Shown one piece after another: positions 11,201-20,297 of a DNA stretch of 64,000 nt. This stretch comes from Bacilli bacterium (GTDB taxonomy: Bacteria; Bacillota_I; Bacilli_A; RFN20; CAG-826), in contig JAZLKX010000025.1 of NCBI GenBank assembly GCA_045597865.1, forward strand, positions 64,001 through 128,000, in the 5' to 3' direction. Numbering within the stretch: position 1 is the first letter of the stretch; each line of letters begins with the position of its first letter. A program made the position numbers and the translations under genes. Under the pieces are notes generated by a model. It saw nothing but the letters and a program-made list of their open reading frames with translations. It was not told the DNA's origin and did no database searches.

Positions 11201-11311
11201 GCATGTGTTTGGTTACAATCAGAAGAACTTGATGCAGGCGGTATTATTATGACTGCAGATGTCATCGATGGTGAAATTATCATCGACATTAACTTCTGGG
11301 GCACATTCTAA
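8279..11311 (+). CDS. Large acidic lipoprotein with N-terminal Cys/His repeats and Ig-like (Big_2) domains
   Basis: Lipobox LAAC; HxDxNxDHxCDxC repeats; WSSSNPDVATV and FTSSDESIATV Big_2 signatures; SD aaggag. Confidence 0.8.
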   Translation: MKKFKLLVTSLFATTMLAACGEKPCEHIDDNKDHYCDLCKEKLSDHADDNHDHLCEYCGNILSECEPGENSHTCDYCGKVFTEHYDNNKDGKCDICDEALPTVTSVKISNVPEYILVEGSAKLAVNVQVKDDAGKDVVWSSSNPDVATVAADGTVTGVSAGQAIISVASSVDGSKFDSVVVKIVDEGIKEIEILDLPEVIGLGEWILLDADVSFYGEEESDFVWSIVKYEGEGDLLLDTDSDGTWIQGLELGFVEVRAVSVDDPSVYASQFIEVIDKGPEPDLYNYGLPYLKEDPSDLLELVIGEGEYDLFVPSENICENGYYFYPLMTESGALVGAELILNIGTYFATEEQMALGYQLMGELDGDENLYYFCDIFNDDANCYMDSTKTYEIDSIVEGGNNDYYFTLAYYRTDALYAGDELTEDEAWPEEASAFMIENFGEELPFVKMGAAYDFDVQVPDPEDPYDDSVTMIMFYDFSTNHEVTDNLGEFLEAQGFTFVKSSWTYQKPLASNPLKSITVESYYTSYGNTIGVYIDNTVFQAFPSDVVNDYVTNTLGSENSVPGFTLSSEEMTDYRFYPATDTADYIKVTGLYATYDEFESYLAAIAGEGYTCVASEFYETRNPEHIYNATFILGKIQLEVSCDPQVEIDWDTFTITTDWDYSTISIKVSDSGLEETAGLTIVSNKEVSARIDDEFDVVAVSYGIDASKLTFTSSDESIATVDENGHVVAKGKGEVTIKAEIVDGETYSDEVALSVNYKVSSDEVVFADLDMSNLGSVVSAKNTSLAMIKAEAESAPEYNDGYVYLPEGSQIVVQLDGDHTASKIEFAAGEGSEIDFTADNGVVVKGAWYADEESGVQNSLVLTVNAGCYISGMNITIDGDLEDIPSAISIYDVASDFIYWYSDSFVYFNDASYYDMNYLDVYCGYDTGMLAEEWLDDDYTLADVLEENSWLWEYMLLIPFEPDADGIYFNPDGSACVWLQSEELDAGGIIMTADVIDGEIIIDINFWGTF

Positions 11312-11336
11312 TACAAGGTATTTAGAAAATAAAATT

Positions 11337-11366
11337 GGTCAATCGGTTTCCGGTTGACCTTTTTTT
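11337..11366 (+). terminator. Intrinsic terminator
   Basis: ggtcaatcgg tttc cggttgacc followed by T run. Confidence 0.8.
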
Positions 11367-11476
11367 ATAAAAAAACATTTGAAAATTGGTCTTTTTTTGA
11401 TACTAATCTTTCAAAATGTGTTGCTTTTTAAAATTCTTTCTATAAACTTAATGTTTAAAAGAAAGGAGATTTTTAT

Positions 11477-14400
11477 ATGAAAAAAATCAAACTTATTACA
11501 GCCTCATTTCTCGCAAGTGCAATGATGTTAGCTGGTTGTGGTGGAAACAATAATCCTGATGACCCAGATGATCATCAACACACTTTTTCAGAAAAGTGGA
11601 CAACTGACGACACATATCACTGGCACAAAGCTACTTGTGGTCATGATGTTGTAAGCGACAAAGGTGAGCACGTTGATGAAGACGGCGACCATTATTGTGA
11701 TGTTTGTGAAAAACAAGTTTCTGAACTTGATCCAGTTCCAGCAGTCACAAAAGTTACTGTTACCTTAACTTCAAATACAATTTATGAAGGTGAAACCACA
11801 GTAGCAAAAGCTAATGTTTCATCAGAAAACGGTGCACCTAAGACAGTTACTTGGTCATCCTCAAATGAAGCAGTTGCGACTGTTGATGCAGAAGGTAATG
11901 TCCAAGCTATCAAAGCTGGTACAGTAAAAATTATTGCTACATCAGTATTTGATTCAACAAAGAAAGGCGAGGCAACTCTTACAGTTAAAGTAGATCAAGG
12001 TTTTGATCCAACTTGGATTGAAGAAGGCTTTACTTACTCAAAAGAATTCCCAGTTGACATTGTCAAAGGATTCTTAGGAGAAGGTGAATACAAGATAGTT
12101 GTTCCATCAGAAATGTTAGAAGGTGGCGCATATTATCTTGAAGCAGAAGCTGATGCACAAGGTCCTGCATGTGTCGTTATTATTATTGACGGCGCACTTG
12201 ATGAATCATACGCCTATGATTTATTTGATGAAGGATTTGATAGAGTCTATTCTACTTCGTATGGATATGAAGCTGTTGATCCAACAGGAAAATACACAGT
12301 TTCAATGTATTGTGATTTTGATGAAGAAACTTATGAAGCAGCCGCTCCAACATACATTGAATTCTACAAATCAGCAGATGTTTGGGCAAGCTCAGAATTC
12401 ACTTCTGATGTTGCATGGGATGATGCAAAGATTGTGAATGAAGATTCAGACGAAATTGCTGTAGCAAAAGAATGGGTTTCTAAAGTTCCATTTGTTGCTC
12501 TTGGCGAAGATTACGAAATTGAATATGTAGCCGAAGATTCTAGAGACGAATACATTGAATTATTAGAAATGTTTGGTATTATTGACGAGACAACTTCTGA
12601 AGAAGAAATTGAATTCTATCTTGAATTATTAGGTTATACTGGACCAGAATATTACTTACAAATTTCTGACTATTCAGTCTGTAAACCATTTGAAGGATAC
12701 GATGATGTATTACTCAATGCAGGTTTTGCTTACATCGAATATGAAGATGAATATGGTGATGTATATGATTATTATGAAAAAGCAGATGGCTTAATTTCAT
12801 ATATTGTTTCATTTGGTTTCACCGAATCAGGTAACACTATTTACTTAGAAGAAGGTATTGCTACACTTGAAGCATTCCCAGTTGATGAAGCAAATGCTTT
12901 CATCAAAGATGTCTTAGGTTCTGAAAATAGCATTGTTGCTTACGAAGAAACCGAAGGCGCTTCATTCCAAGCAGTTGTTGGTGATGAAGAAATGGATATT
13001 CTTGTTGACTATGTAGATTTAACAGAAGCACAAGCCTATGCTGATAAATTAGAAGGTCTTGGCTTTGAAGTCGAATATATTCCAGCAGATGATTTCAATT
13101 ATCCATCATGGTTTGCCAAAAAAGGCAAATTAGTTGTCGAATTCTATCTTGAACAATTTCTTGATGAAGATACTGAATCATATCTTGATGAAGGACCACT
13201 TTATTTCTTCATTTATGCAGATCCAAATAAACACGAAGAACAAGGTATTTATTTACCAGAAGAAATTAATACAAACGTTAAAGTTGGTTTAGTTACACTT
13301 GATCCAGAATTAGTTAAATTAGGTGATAGTGTTAACTTAACTTGGACTTCTTCAGATGAAGGTGTTGCAACTGTTGATGCTGATGGTGTCGTTACATTAT
13401 TAGCAGCTGGTGAAGTTAATATCACAGTTACTACAGATGTTGCAATCCCAGATGTTGGTGGTTTCTTTAGCGCAACAACTAAATTAGTTGTTGCTGAAAA
13501 ACCAGATTTTGCTCCAGTTTTAGCAGATCTTAATGATGCTTTAGCATACTATGGCGGAACAGAAGTTCTTTCAGCTGATGAACTTCCAGAAATTGATTGT
13601 GCTGAATATGAATTCGAAGATTATTTCTTATACTATGGTTGCTATGTCATTTGGGGCGATGCTACAAATGAAACCGAGGCATCTTATGCCGAAAAGGTTG
13701 AAGCCTTAGGATTTGAAATTCTCGAAGATGAATATGGAAAATATTACGAAACCGAAGAATATCAAATTTACTTCTCATTATTCGAAGACGAAGATGAAGG
13801 CGATTACTTCCAAATTGAAGTTTACTTTAAACAAGTAGCTGCTGAAGGCGCAACATTTGATTTTTCTGAACTTTCAGGAACATCAGGTTCAATGAATGGA
13901 TTCTCATTTACAACTTCTAAAGCAGGTGGACAAAGTGACCCAGCTTATAATGATAATAAGTCAGAATTAAGACTTTATGCAAATAACACAATTACATTTA
14001 CATCAGAAGAACCAATGACAGAAATCTTCTTTGATGCAAATACTTGTGGTGAATCAAAAGCAACTGCTACATTTGTTAGCGCAAGCACAGGTTCAGTTTC
14101 AGAAGTTGACGGCGGCTTCCTCTGGGAAGGCAATGCAACTGAAGTTACATTAACTGTTAGCGGAAGCGGACAAATTCATATTAATTTGATTGATATTAAT
14201 GGCGGCGGTTCTGGCGGTGGCGGCGGAGGTGGCCAAAGCGAAGGTGATTTAGCCTCATGGCCAGCTTCACAAATCGCAGCTTGCTTAGAAGGCGGTACTG
14301 AACTTGTTCCACCAGCAGCAGAAGGTACAAGCTTTACTTTCGAAGAAAGTGATGAATATTATTATGATTGCTATGTTGGTGTTTATGGTGGTGATGCAGA

Positions 14401-14872
14401 TGCATATTTAGACACTCTTGAAAAAGCAGGTTTCGATGTAACTGATGAATATCTTGAAGATTATGGATGTATGACAGCAGTTTCTGCTGATGGTACATTA
14501 ACAATTGATCTTTACGAAGAAGATGGATACTATGTATTGGATATTTATGCTTCAGAACCATCAGAAACATATTCTTCATGGGCTGACATGGATGTTGAAT
14601 CATATTTCCCAGGTTTCTCTGGAACAATTCCAGCAGCAACAGGAAGTTCATTTGAACTTGCTGGTGAAGAAGGTTATATCCAAATCTACATTGAAGGTGG
14701 AGATGTTGATGCATATGTTTCAGCACTTTCTAAAGCCGGATATGATATCGATGATGAATATGGTGAATGGGGAATGTATTTTGCCCTTTCATCTGACGGC
14801 TCATTAGAAATTGATGCCATGGATTATGGCGATGGCACAGTTTTCATTCAAATGTATTGGGCTGAAGAATAA
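11477..14872 (+). CDS. Large acidic lipoprotein with Ig-like (Big_2) domains, paralog of 8279..11311
   Basis: Lipobox LAGC; HQHTF..W..HWH..TCGH motif; WSSSNEAVATV and WTSSDEGVATV; Gly-rich linker. Confidence 0.8.
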   Translation: MKKIKLITASFLASAMMLAGCGGNNNPDDPDDHQHTFSEKWTTDDTYHWHKATCGHDVVSDKGEHVDEDGDHYCDVCEKQVSELDPVPAVTKVTVTLTSNTIYEGETTVAKANVSSENGAPKTVTWSSSNEAVATVDAEGNVQAIKAGTVKIIATSVFDSTKKGEATLTVKVDQGFDPTWIEEGFTYSKEFPVDIVKGFLGEGEYKIVVPSEMLEGGAYYLEAEADAQGPACVVIIIDGALDESYAYDLFDEGFDRVYSTSYGYEAVDPTGKYTVSMYCDFDEETYEAAAPTYIEFYKSADVWASSEFTSDVAWDDAKIVNEDSDEIAVAKEWVSKVPFVALGEDYEIEYVAEDSRDEYIELLEMFGIIDETTSEEEIEFYLELLGYTGPEYYLQISDYSVCKPFEGYDDVLLNAGFAYIEYEDEYGDVYDYYEKADGLISYIVSFGFTESGNTIYLEEGIATLEAFPVDEANAFIKDVLGSENSIVAYEETEGASFQAVVGDEEMDILVDYVDLTEAQAYADKLEGLGFEVEYIPADDFNYPSWFAKKGKLVVEFYLEQFLDEDTESYLDEGPLYFFIYADPNKHEEQGIYLPEEINTNVKVGLVTLDPELVKLGDSVNLTWTSSDEGVATVDADGVVTLLAAGEVNITVTTDVAIPDVGGFFSATTKLVVAEKPDFAPVLADLNDALAYYGGTEVLSADELPEIDCAEYEFEDYFLYYGCYVIWGDATNETEASYAEKVEALGFEILEDEYGKYYETEEYQIYFSLFEDEDEGDYFQIEVYFKQVAAEGATFDFSELSGTSGSMNGFSFTTSKAGGQSDPAYNDNKSELRLYANNTITFTSEEPMTEIFFDANTCGESKATATFVSASTGSVSEVDGGFLWEGNATEVTLTVSGSGQIHINLIDINGGGSGGGGGGGQSEGDLASWPASQIAACLEGGTELVPPAAEGTSFTFEESDEYYYDCYVGVYGGDADAYLDTLEKAGFDVTDEYLEDYGCMTAVSADGTLTIDLYEEDGYYVLDIYASEPSETYSSWADMDVESYFPGFSGTIPAATGSSFELAGEEGYIQIYIEGGDVDAYVSALSKAGYDIDDEYGEWGMYFALSSDGSLEIDAMDYGDGTVFIQMYWAEE

Positions 14873-14893
14873 TTCTTAAAACACATAATAAAG

Positions 14894-14924
14894 AAGTCTG
14901 TACCTTATGGTATGGACTTTTTTT
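14894..14924 (+). terminator. Intrinsic terminator
   Basis: aagtctgtacc ttat ggtatggactt plus T run. Confidence 0.75.
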
Positions 14925-14947
14925 ATTTGCGTGTTTATAATATAAGC

Positions 14948-15160
14948 GCGAAGAAAAGAAGTAGTAACTCGATTACCTTAGATAATAGGGAATGTGGAAT
15001 AGTGGAACCCACAAGTGTCTAAGCCGAGTGAATTCACCTTGGAGCATCTTCTTGTAATGAGAAGCGTAAGCATCACGTTAAAGAGCAATAGCGCAACAAC
15101 AAAGTTGAATTAGGATGGCACCACGGAGAAATCCGTTCCTTATGTGTCATCTTTTTATTT
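14948..15160 (+). promoter_or_regulatory. T-box riboswitch (Phe) leader of pheST
   Basis: TTGCGT/TATAAT promoter upstream; stem I with gaaTTCacc specifier (Phe); T-box aattaggaTGGCACCACGG at ~15108-15126; T run. Confidence 0.85.
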
Positions 15161-15178
15161 TCTAGGGGGATGGAAACC

Positions 15179-16219
15179 ATGTCAGAAATATTCCAAAAAG
15201 TCGCTGATCTAAAAGCGAAGATTCTAAAAGAATCTGAATCAATCCAAGATGAGGCAAGTTTAAAAGCTTTCCAAGACACTTATATGTCAAAGAAAAGCGA
15301 ACTTTCTCAACTTATGGGAGAAATTAGAAATCTTGAAGGCGAAGACAAAACAAAGTTTGGTCAAGCAATGAACGATGCAAGAAGTGCAGTAACTGTTGCA
15401 TTCCAAGCAAAGCAAAATGAAATTCAAGATGCTGCAATCGCAAAGAAACTTGAAGCAGAAAAGATTGATATCACTCTTCCAAGCTTTAACTATAAAATGG
15501 GAGGAATTAACCCATTCTATTTAATCCAAGACGAAATTATTGATACATTCGTCGCAATGGGTTACGAAGTAAAAGAAGGACCAGATGTTGAATCTGATTA
15601 CTACAACTTCGAAAGAATGAATATTCCTGCAGACCATCCTGCAAGAGAAATGCAAGATTCTTTATACATTAATCCAACAACCCTTTTAAGAACACACACT
15701 TCTCCAGAACAAGCACATGCTATGGATGAAAAGGGTGGTAAACCACTTATGATGATTTGCCCAGGCAAAACTTACCGTAGAGATGATGATGATGCAACAC
15801 ACTCACATCAATTCGGACAAATCGAAGGTTTAGTTGTTGGCAAAGGAATTACACTTGCTAACTTAAAAGCAACACTTGAACTTTTCGTAAGAAAAATGTT
15901 CGGTGAAAAACGCGAAGTTAGATTTAGAGGTTCTTATTTCCCGTTCACAGAGCCATCAGTAGAAGTTGATATTTCTTGTATGAACTGTGGTGGTAAAGGT
16001 TGTTCCATTTGTAAAGGCACAGGATTTATTGAAATCCTTGGTGCTGGTATGGTTCACCCAAATGTCTTAAAAATGTCAGGCTATGATCCAGAAGTTTATT
16101 CAGGATTCGCCTTTGGCGTTGGTATTGAAAGAGTAGCAATGCTTAGATATGGCATTGATGATATTCGTAAATTCTATCAAGGTGATGTTCGATTTATCGA
16201 ACAATTCACCAGAAAGTAA
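15179..16219 (+). CDS. pheS: Phenylalanine-tRNA ligase alpha subunit
   Basis: HPAREMQD, LLRTHTS, YFPFTEPS, GFAFGVGIER; start could be 15170. Confidence 0.97.
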   Translation: MSEIFQKVADLKAKILKESESIQDEASLKAFQDTYMSKKSELSQLMGEIRNLEGEDKTKFGQAMNDARSAVTVAFQAKQNEIQDAAIAKKLEAEKIDITLPSFNYKMGGINPFYLIQDEIIDTFVAMGYEVKEGPDVESDYYNFERMNIPADHPAREMQDSLYINPTTLLRTHTSPEQAHAMDEKGGKPLMMICPGKTYRRDDDDATHSHQFGQIEGLVVGKGITLANLKATLELFVRKMFGEKREVRFRGSYFPFTEPSVEVDISCMNCGGKGCSICKGTGFIEILGAGMVHPNVLKMSGYDPEVYSGFAFGVGIERVAMLRYGIDDIRKFYQGDVRFIEQFTRK

Positions 16220-16237
16220 TAAAGGAGGGTTAAAGTT

Positions 16238-18631
16238 ATGTTAGTTTCATTAAATGAATTAAAGAAATACGTTAATCTTGATGGATTAACCCCAGAAGAA
16301 ATTGCTCATAGATTAACCTTCGCTGGTGTTGAAGTAGAATCAATTGAGAAAGTTGCATTTGCATCAAAAGTTGTAGTGGGTGAAGTTATCATGTGTGAAA
16401 ACATGGAAAACTCAGACCACTTACATGTTACTAAAGTAAACGCTGGTCCAAAGTATGGAGTATTAGACATTGTTTGTGGTGCTCCAAACGTAAGAACCGG
16501 TCTTAAAGTCATTGTTGCTTTAGATGGTTGTGAACTCAAAGGTGGCACAATCAGAAATGGCCAAGTAAGGGGACACGTTTCAAATGGTATGCTTTGTTCC
16601 TTAGTTGAACTCGGTGTAGATACAAAGTATCTAAGTGAAGCACAACAAAAAGGAATTGAAGAACTTCAAGCTGATGCAGAAGTAGGTAACGAAGATGTTT
16701 TAGGCTACCTTGGTTTAGACGATACAATTTTAGATCTTAAACTTCTTGCAAATAGACCAGATATGTATTCAGTTTTGAATGCTGCAAGAGAAATCAAAAC
16801 ATTATTCGGAAGAGAAGTAAATCTTCCAGATTACAGAGTAAAAGAAACATTAGTGAGCAAATTCCCTGTTGCCATTAACACTGAAAAATGTTCACAATTC
16901 TCTGCAAGAGTTGTTAAAGGAATTAAAGTTGGTGAATCACCAAAATGGATGAAAGAAGCTTTACGTAGCTCTGGCATTCGTTCAATTAACAACATTGTTG
17001 ATATTGGTAACTACGTCATGCTTTTAACAGGTCAACCACTTCATATGTATGACTTAGACAAACTTGCGAAGCAAGAACTTGTTGTTAGAGATGATTTAGA
17101 GGGTGATTTTGTAGCCTTAGATGAAAAGACTTATAAACTTCAAAAAGGCGATCTTTGCATTACTTCAAATGGCAAAGTTATGTGCCTTGGTGGAGTTATG
17201 GGATCACTTGAATGTGCAGTTGATGAAAATACAAAGAATGTTGTCGTAGAAGCTGCTAACTTTGATTATGCTTCTATAAGAAGAACATCTATTAGACTTG
17301 CACTTGTCTCAGATTCATCACAAAGATTCGTTAAAGGAATTAATCCATCACAATGGAAGTATGTTCAAGATATGACTGCTTCACTTTTAGTTGACCTTTG
17401 CGATGCTAAAGAAATCGGTGAAGTAGTGAATGTTTCAAATAAAGAAGTAAAGCCAGTTGTTATTGAATCAAGTGCTGATTATATAAATGGTAGACTCGGA
17501 ACAAACTTCTCTAAAGAAACAATTGTTGCTTCTTTAGAAGCAGCTTGGATTAAAGTCACTGAAAAAGGTGGCAAGTTAGTTTGTGAAATCCCAGCTCATC
17601 GCATTGATATCACTGGTGAAGCAGACCTTTCAGAAGAAGTTATTAGAATCAATGGTTTTGAAAACATTGAATCAAAACTTCCTGAAATTGAACTTTCAAT
17701 TGGTGGTCTTGAAAAAGATCTCGAAAATAAACGTGCAGTTCGTTCCTACCTTAGAGGTTTAGGAATTGATGAAGCACTTTGCTATTCACTTGTTCGTGAA
17801 AAAGAAGTTAAATCCTTCGCAATCCTTAACAAGGGTGAAGCATACAAGATTTTAAACCCACTTACAGATGAACATGAGTACTTAAGAACTAATGTTCTTC
17901 CAAGCTTACTCAATACACTTTCTTACAACTTAAATCATGGTAATGAAAATGTTGCAATCTTTGAAGTTAGTGATTTGTTCACAACTGATGGAAAGAAACA
18001 TATTCACCTTGCAATCGCATGTGTTGGAAATGATTTAAGAAGAGGCGCAATGAGTGGTGAACCATATAGTTACTATCACCTAAAAGGTGTTTTAGACGGC
18101 TTACTACGCGCATATAATATTGAAGAAAAGCGCACAGTTCTTGAAAGATGCAAAGCAGCAGAATTCCACCCAGGTAAATCTGCAAGCTTAAAGATTGATG
18201 GCAAACCAGCAGCAGTGCTTGGAGAACTTCATCCAAATACATTAAAAGAACTTGGTTTATCAGGCGAAAATGTTGTTGTTCTTGAAGCTGATTTAGGTGT
18301 CATTTTCGGAACCAAAACATCTGCTATTAAGATGAACCAAATCTCTAAATATCAAACAGTTAAACGTGACTTCGCATTCGTTCTTGGAAATGAAGTTACT
18401 TCTAGAGAAGTAGTTAATGAAATTTACAAGGTGAATCGTGAAGTTATTAGAAATGTTGAAGTGTTCGATGTTTATCATGGTGAACACGTTAAAGAAGGAC
18501 ATTATTCACTTGCAGTAAGTGTCTATCTTAATGATATGAATAAGACACTTGGAGAAAATGATATTGTTTCTCTTGAACAAGCAATTATTAAAGCACTTGA
18601 AACAAAGTTTGGTGCAGAGCTTAGAAAATAA
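16238..18631 (+). CDS. pheT: Phenylalanine-tRNA ligase beta subunit
   Basis: IVCGAPN, SNGMLCS, NRPD, INNIVDIGNYV, C-terminal FDX-ACB (RDFAF..FDVY..ELR). Confidence 0.97.
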   Translation: MLVSLNELKKYVNLDGLTPEEIAHRLTFAGVEVESIEKVAFASKVVVGEVIMCENMENSDHLHVTKVNAGPKYGVLDIVCGAPNVRTGLKVIVALDGCELKGGTIRNGQVRGHVSNGMLCSLVELGVDTKYLSEAQQKGIEELQADAEVGNEDVLGYLGLDDTILDLKLLANRPDMYSVLNAAREIKTLFGREVNLPDYRVKETLVSKFPVAINTEKCSQFSARVVKGIKVGESPKWMKEALRSSGIRSINNIVDIGNYVMLLTGQPLHMYDLDKLAKQELVVRDDLEGDFVALDEKTYKLQKGDLCITSNGKVMCLGGVMGSLECAVDENTKNVVVEAANFDYASIRRTSIRLALVSDSSQRFVKGINPSQWKYVQDMTASLLVDLCDAKEIGEVVNVSNKEVKPVVIESSADYINGRLGTNFSKETIVASLEAAWIKVTEKGGKLVCEIPAHRIDITGEADLSEEVIRINGFENIESKLPEIELSIGGLEKDLENKRAVRSYLRGLGIDEALCYSLVREKEVKSFAILNKGEAYKILNPLTDEHEYLRTNVLPSLLNTLSYNLNHGNENVAIFEVSDLFTTDGKKHIHLAIACVGNDLRRGAMSGEPYSYYHLKGVLDGLLRAYNIEEKRTVLERCKAAEFHPGKSASLKIDGKPAAVLGELHPNTLKELGLSGENVVVLEADLGVIFGTKTSAIKMNQISKYQTVKRDFAFVLGNEVTSREVVNEIYKVNREVIRNVEVFDVYHGEHVKEGHYSLAVSVYLNDMNKTLGENDIVSLEQAIIKALETKFGAELRK

Positions 18632-19128
18632 TGAAATTAGATGTATTAAGACTTCCATATACTAAAGAAGCAAAGCTTTCTGAAGAAGTTAGCTTTGATC
18701 CTGAAGTATTTAAGTGCCACTTTCCACTAGTGGAAGTTTTAGGCTGCAACACTGATGTGACAGTTCAAAGATTTGAAGAATTTATTTACGTTACGATAAG
18801 CATCAAAGCAAAAGTTATTTTGCAATGCTCTTACACTCTTCAAAATTTTGAAACAGTAGTGAAGGGTGTTGATGAATTACATTTTGCATCTTCTAAAGAA
18901 GATGATGAAGATTGCATTGAGTTTAAGGGCAACACAATTGACCTTGATCAATACATCTTTAACTTATTAAGCGCATCAATTCCTCCTTCTCCAAAAGCTC
19001 CAAATGCCAAAGCACCAGTTTCTGGTAATGGTTATAGAGTTCTATCTCAAGAAGAATTTGAAAGTGAAAGAGAAGAAAAAGGCAATTCCCAATTTGATGC
19101 ATTAAAGGATTTAGATTTTGATGAGTAA
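18631..19128 (+). CDS. YceD/DUF177 family protein
   Basis: Size, CSYTL, IDLDQYI..IP, C-terminal FDALKDL. Confidence 0.7.
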   Translation: MKLDVLRLPYTKEAKLSEEVSFDPEVFKCHFPLVEVLGCNTDVTVQRFEEFIYVTISIKAKVILQCSYTLQNFETVVKGVDELHFASSKEDDEDCIEFKGNTIDLDQYIFNLLSASIPPSPKAPNAKAPVSGNGYRVLSQEEFESEREEKGNSQFDALKDLDFDE

Positions 19129-20056
19129 ACACGTCTCAGTTTTATTACATGAAACAGTTGATGGATTAAACGTAAAGTCAAATGGCACTTACGTTGATTT
19201 AACTTTGGGCCGTGGTGGGCACTCAAAAGAAGTTCTTAAAAAGTTAGATAATGGCTTACTTGTTGCATTCGATAAAGATGAAACCGCAATTAATGAATCT
19301 AAACAAAATCTCCACGGATTTGAAGGAAATTTCACATTAATTCTCGATGATTTTAGAAATTTCAAATCTCATTTAGATCAAATGGGAATAACTGAAGTTG
19401 ATGGACTTATGGCAGATTTAGGAGTTTCTTCTCCTCAATTTGATGATCCAACAAGAGGGTTTTCCTATAAGGAAAATGCTAGACTCGATATGAGAATGGA
19501 CAAACGTCAAAAGTTGTCTGCATACGAGGTTGTAAATACTTATTCTTTAAATGATTTAACACGCATTTTCAAGGAATATGGTGAAGACAAATATTCCTAT
19601 CAAATCGCGAATAAAATTGTAAAAACTCGTGTAAATTCACCAATTGAGACCACAACTCAATTAGTTGAAATTATTAAGTCTTGTAAACCTCAAAAAGAAC
19701 TTATGAAAAAAGGCCATCCAGCCAAACAAATTTTCCAAGCAATTCGTATTGAAGTTAATGATGAACTTGGTGCTTTAAAAGATGCACTTACTGACGCTCT
19801 CAAAGTACTTAAAGTTGGTGGTAGGGCAGCCTTCATAACATTCCATTCTTTGGAAGATAGACTTGTGAAAACTGCTTTCAATGAAGTTTCAAAAATTGAG
19901 GGTTCTAGACATAATGTATTCGCTCTCCCAACTGAAGAAGATTTACCAAAATATCGTTTAGTTAATAACAAAGTTATTATTCCTAGCGATAAAGAAATGG
20001 AAGAAAACCCAAGAAGTAAGTCTGCAAAACTAAGAATTATTGAAAAAGTTAGGTAG
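19121..20056 (+). CDS. rsmH: 16S rRNA m4C1402 methyltransferase
   Basis: HVSVLLHE, DLTLGRGGHS, DLGVSSPQFD, FQAIRIEVN, TFHSLEDR, NPRSKSAKLR. Confidence 0.97.
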   Translation: MSKHVSVLLHETVDGLNVKSNGTYVDLTLGRGGHSKEVLKKLDNGLLVAFDKDETAINESKQNLHGFEGNFTLILDDFRNFKSHLDQMGITEVDGLMADLGVSSPQFDDPTRGFSYKENARLDMRMDKRQKLSAYEVVNTYSLNDLTRIFKEYGEDKYSYQIANKIVKTRVNSPIETTTQLVEIIKSCKPQKELMKKGHPAKQIFQAIRIEVNDELGALKDALTDALKVLKVGGRAAFITFHSLEDRLVKTAFNEVSKIEGSRHNVFALPTEEDLPKYRLVNNKVIIPSDKEMEENPRSKSAKLRIIEKVR

Positions 20057-20297
20057 TTTTCATTAATTTTCATTTGCTTACATGAAGAATGATACTTTGT
20101 ATCATTTTTTTATTTTATGAAAATAATGTAATCACTTACATTTTTAATTTTCATGAAAATTCTAGACAAGCGCGCAAATGCATATATAATAAACGCAAAA
20201 TTAGGATTTGAATGCGTTCAAGTTCTAAAAGCAATTATGAGACTGAGGTTTCATAAGGGCAAAGAGCGTGAGCTCAAAAGAAAAAGGAGGCTTAATT

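Noticed and set aside
20191-20280. c-di-GMP-I riboswitch
   Set aside because: GCAAA linkers are reminiscent, but the GNRA-capped P2 and receptor-containing P3 arrangement could not be matched.
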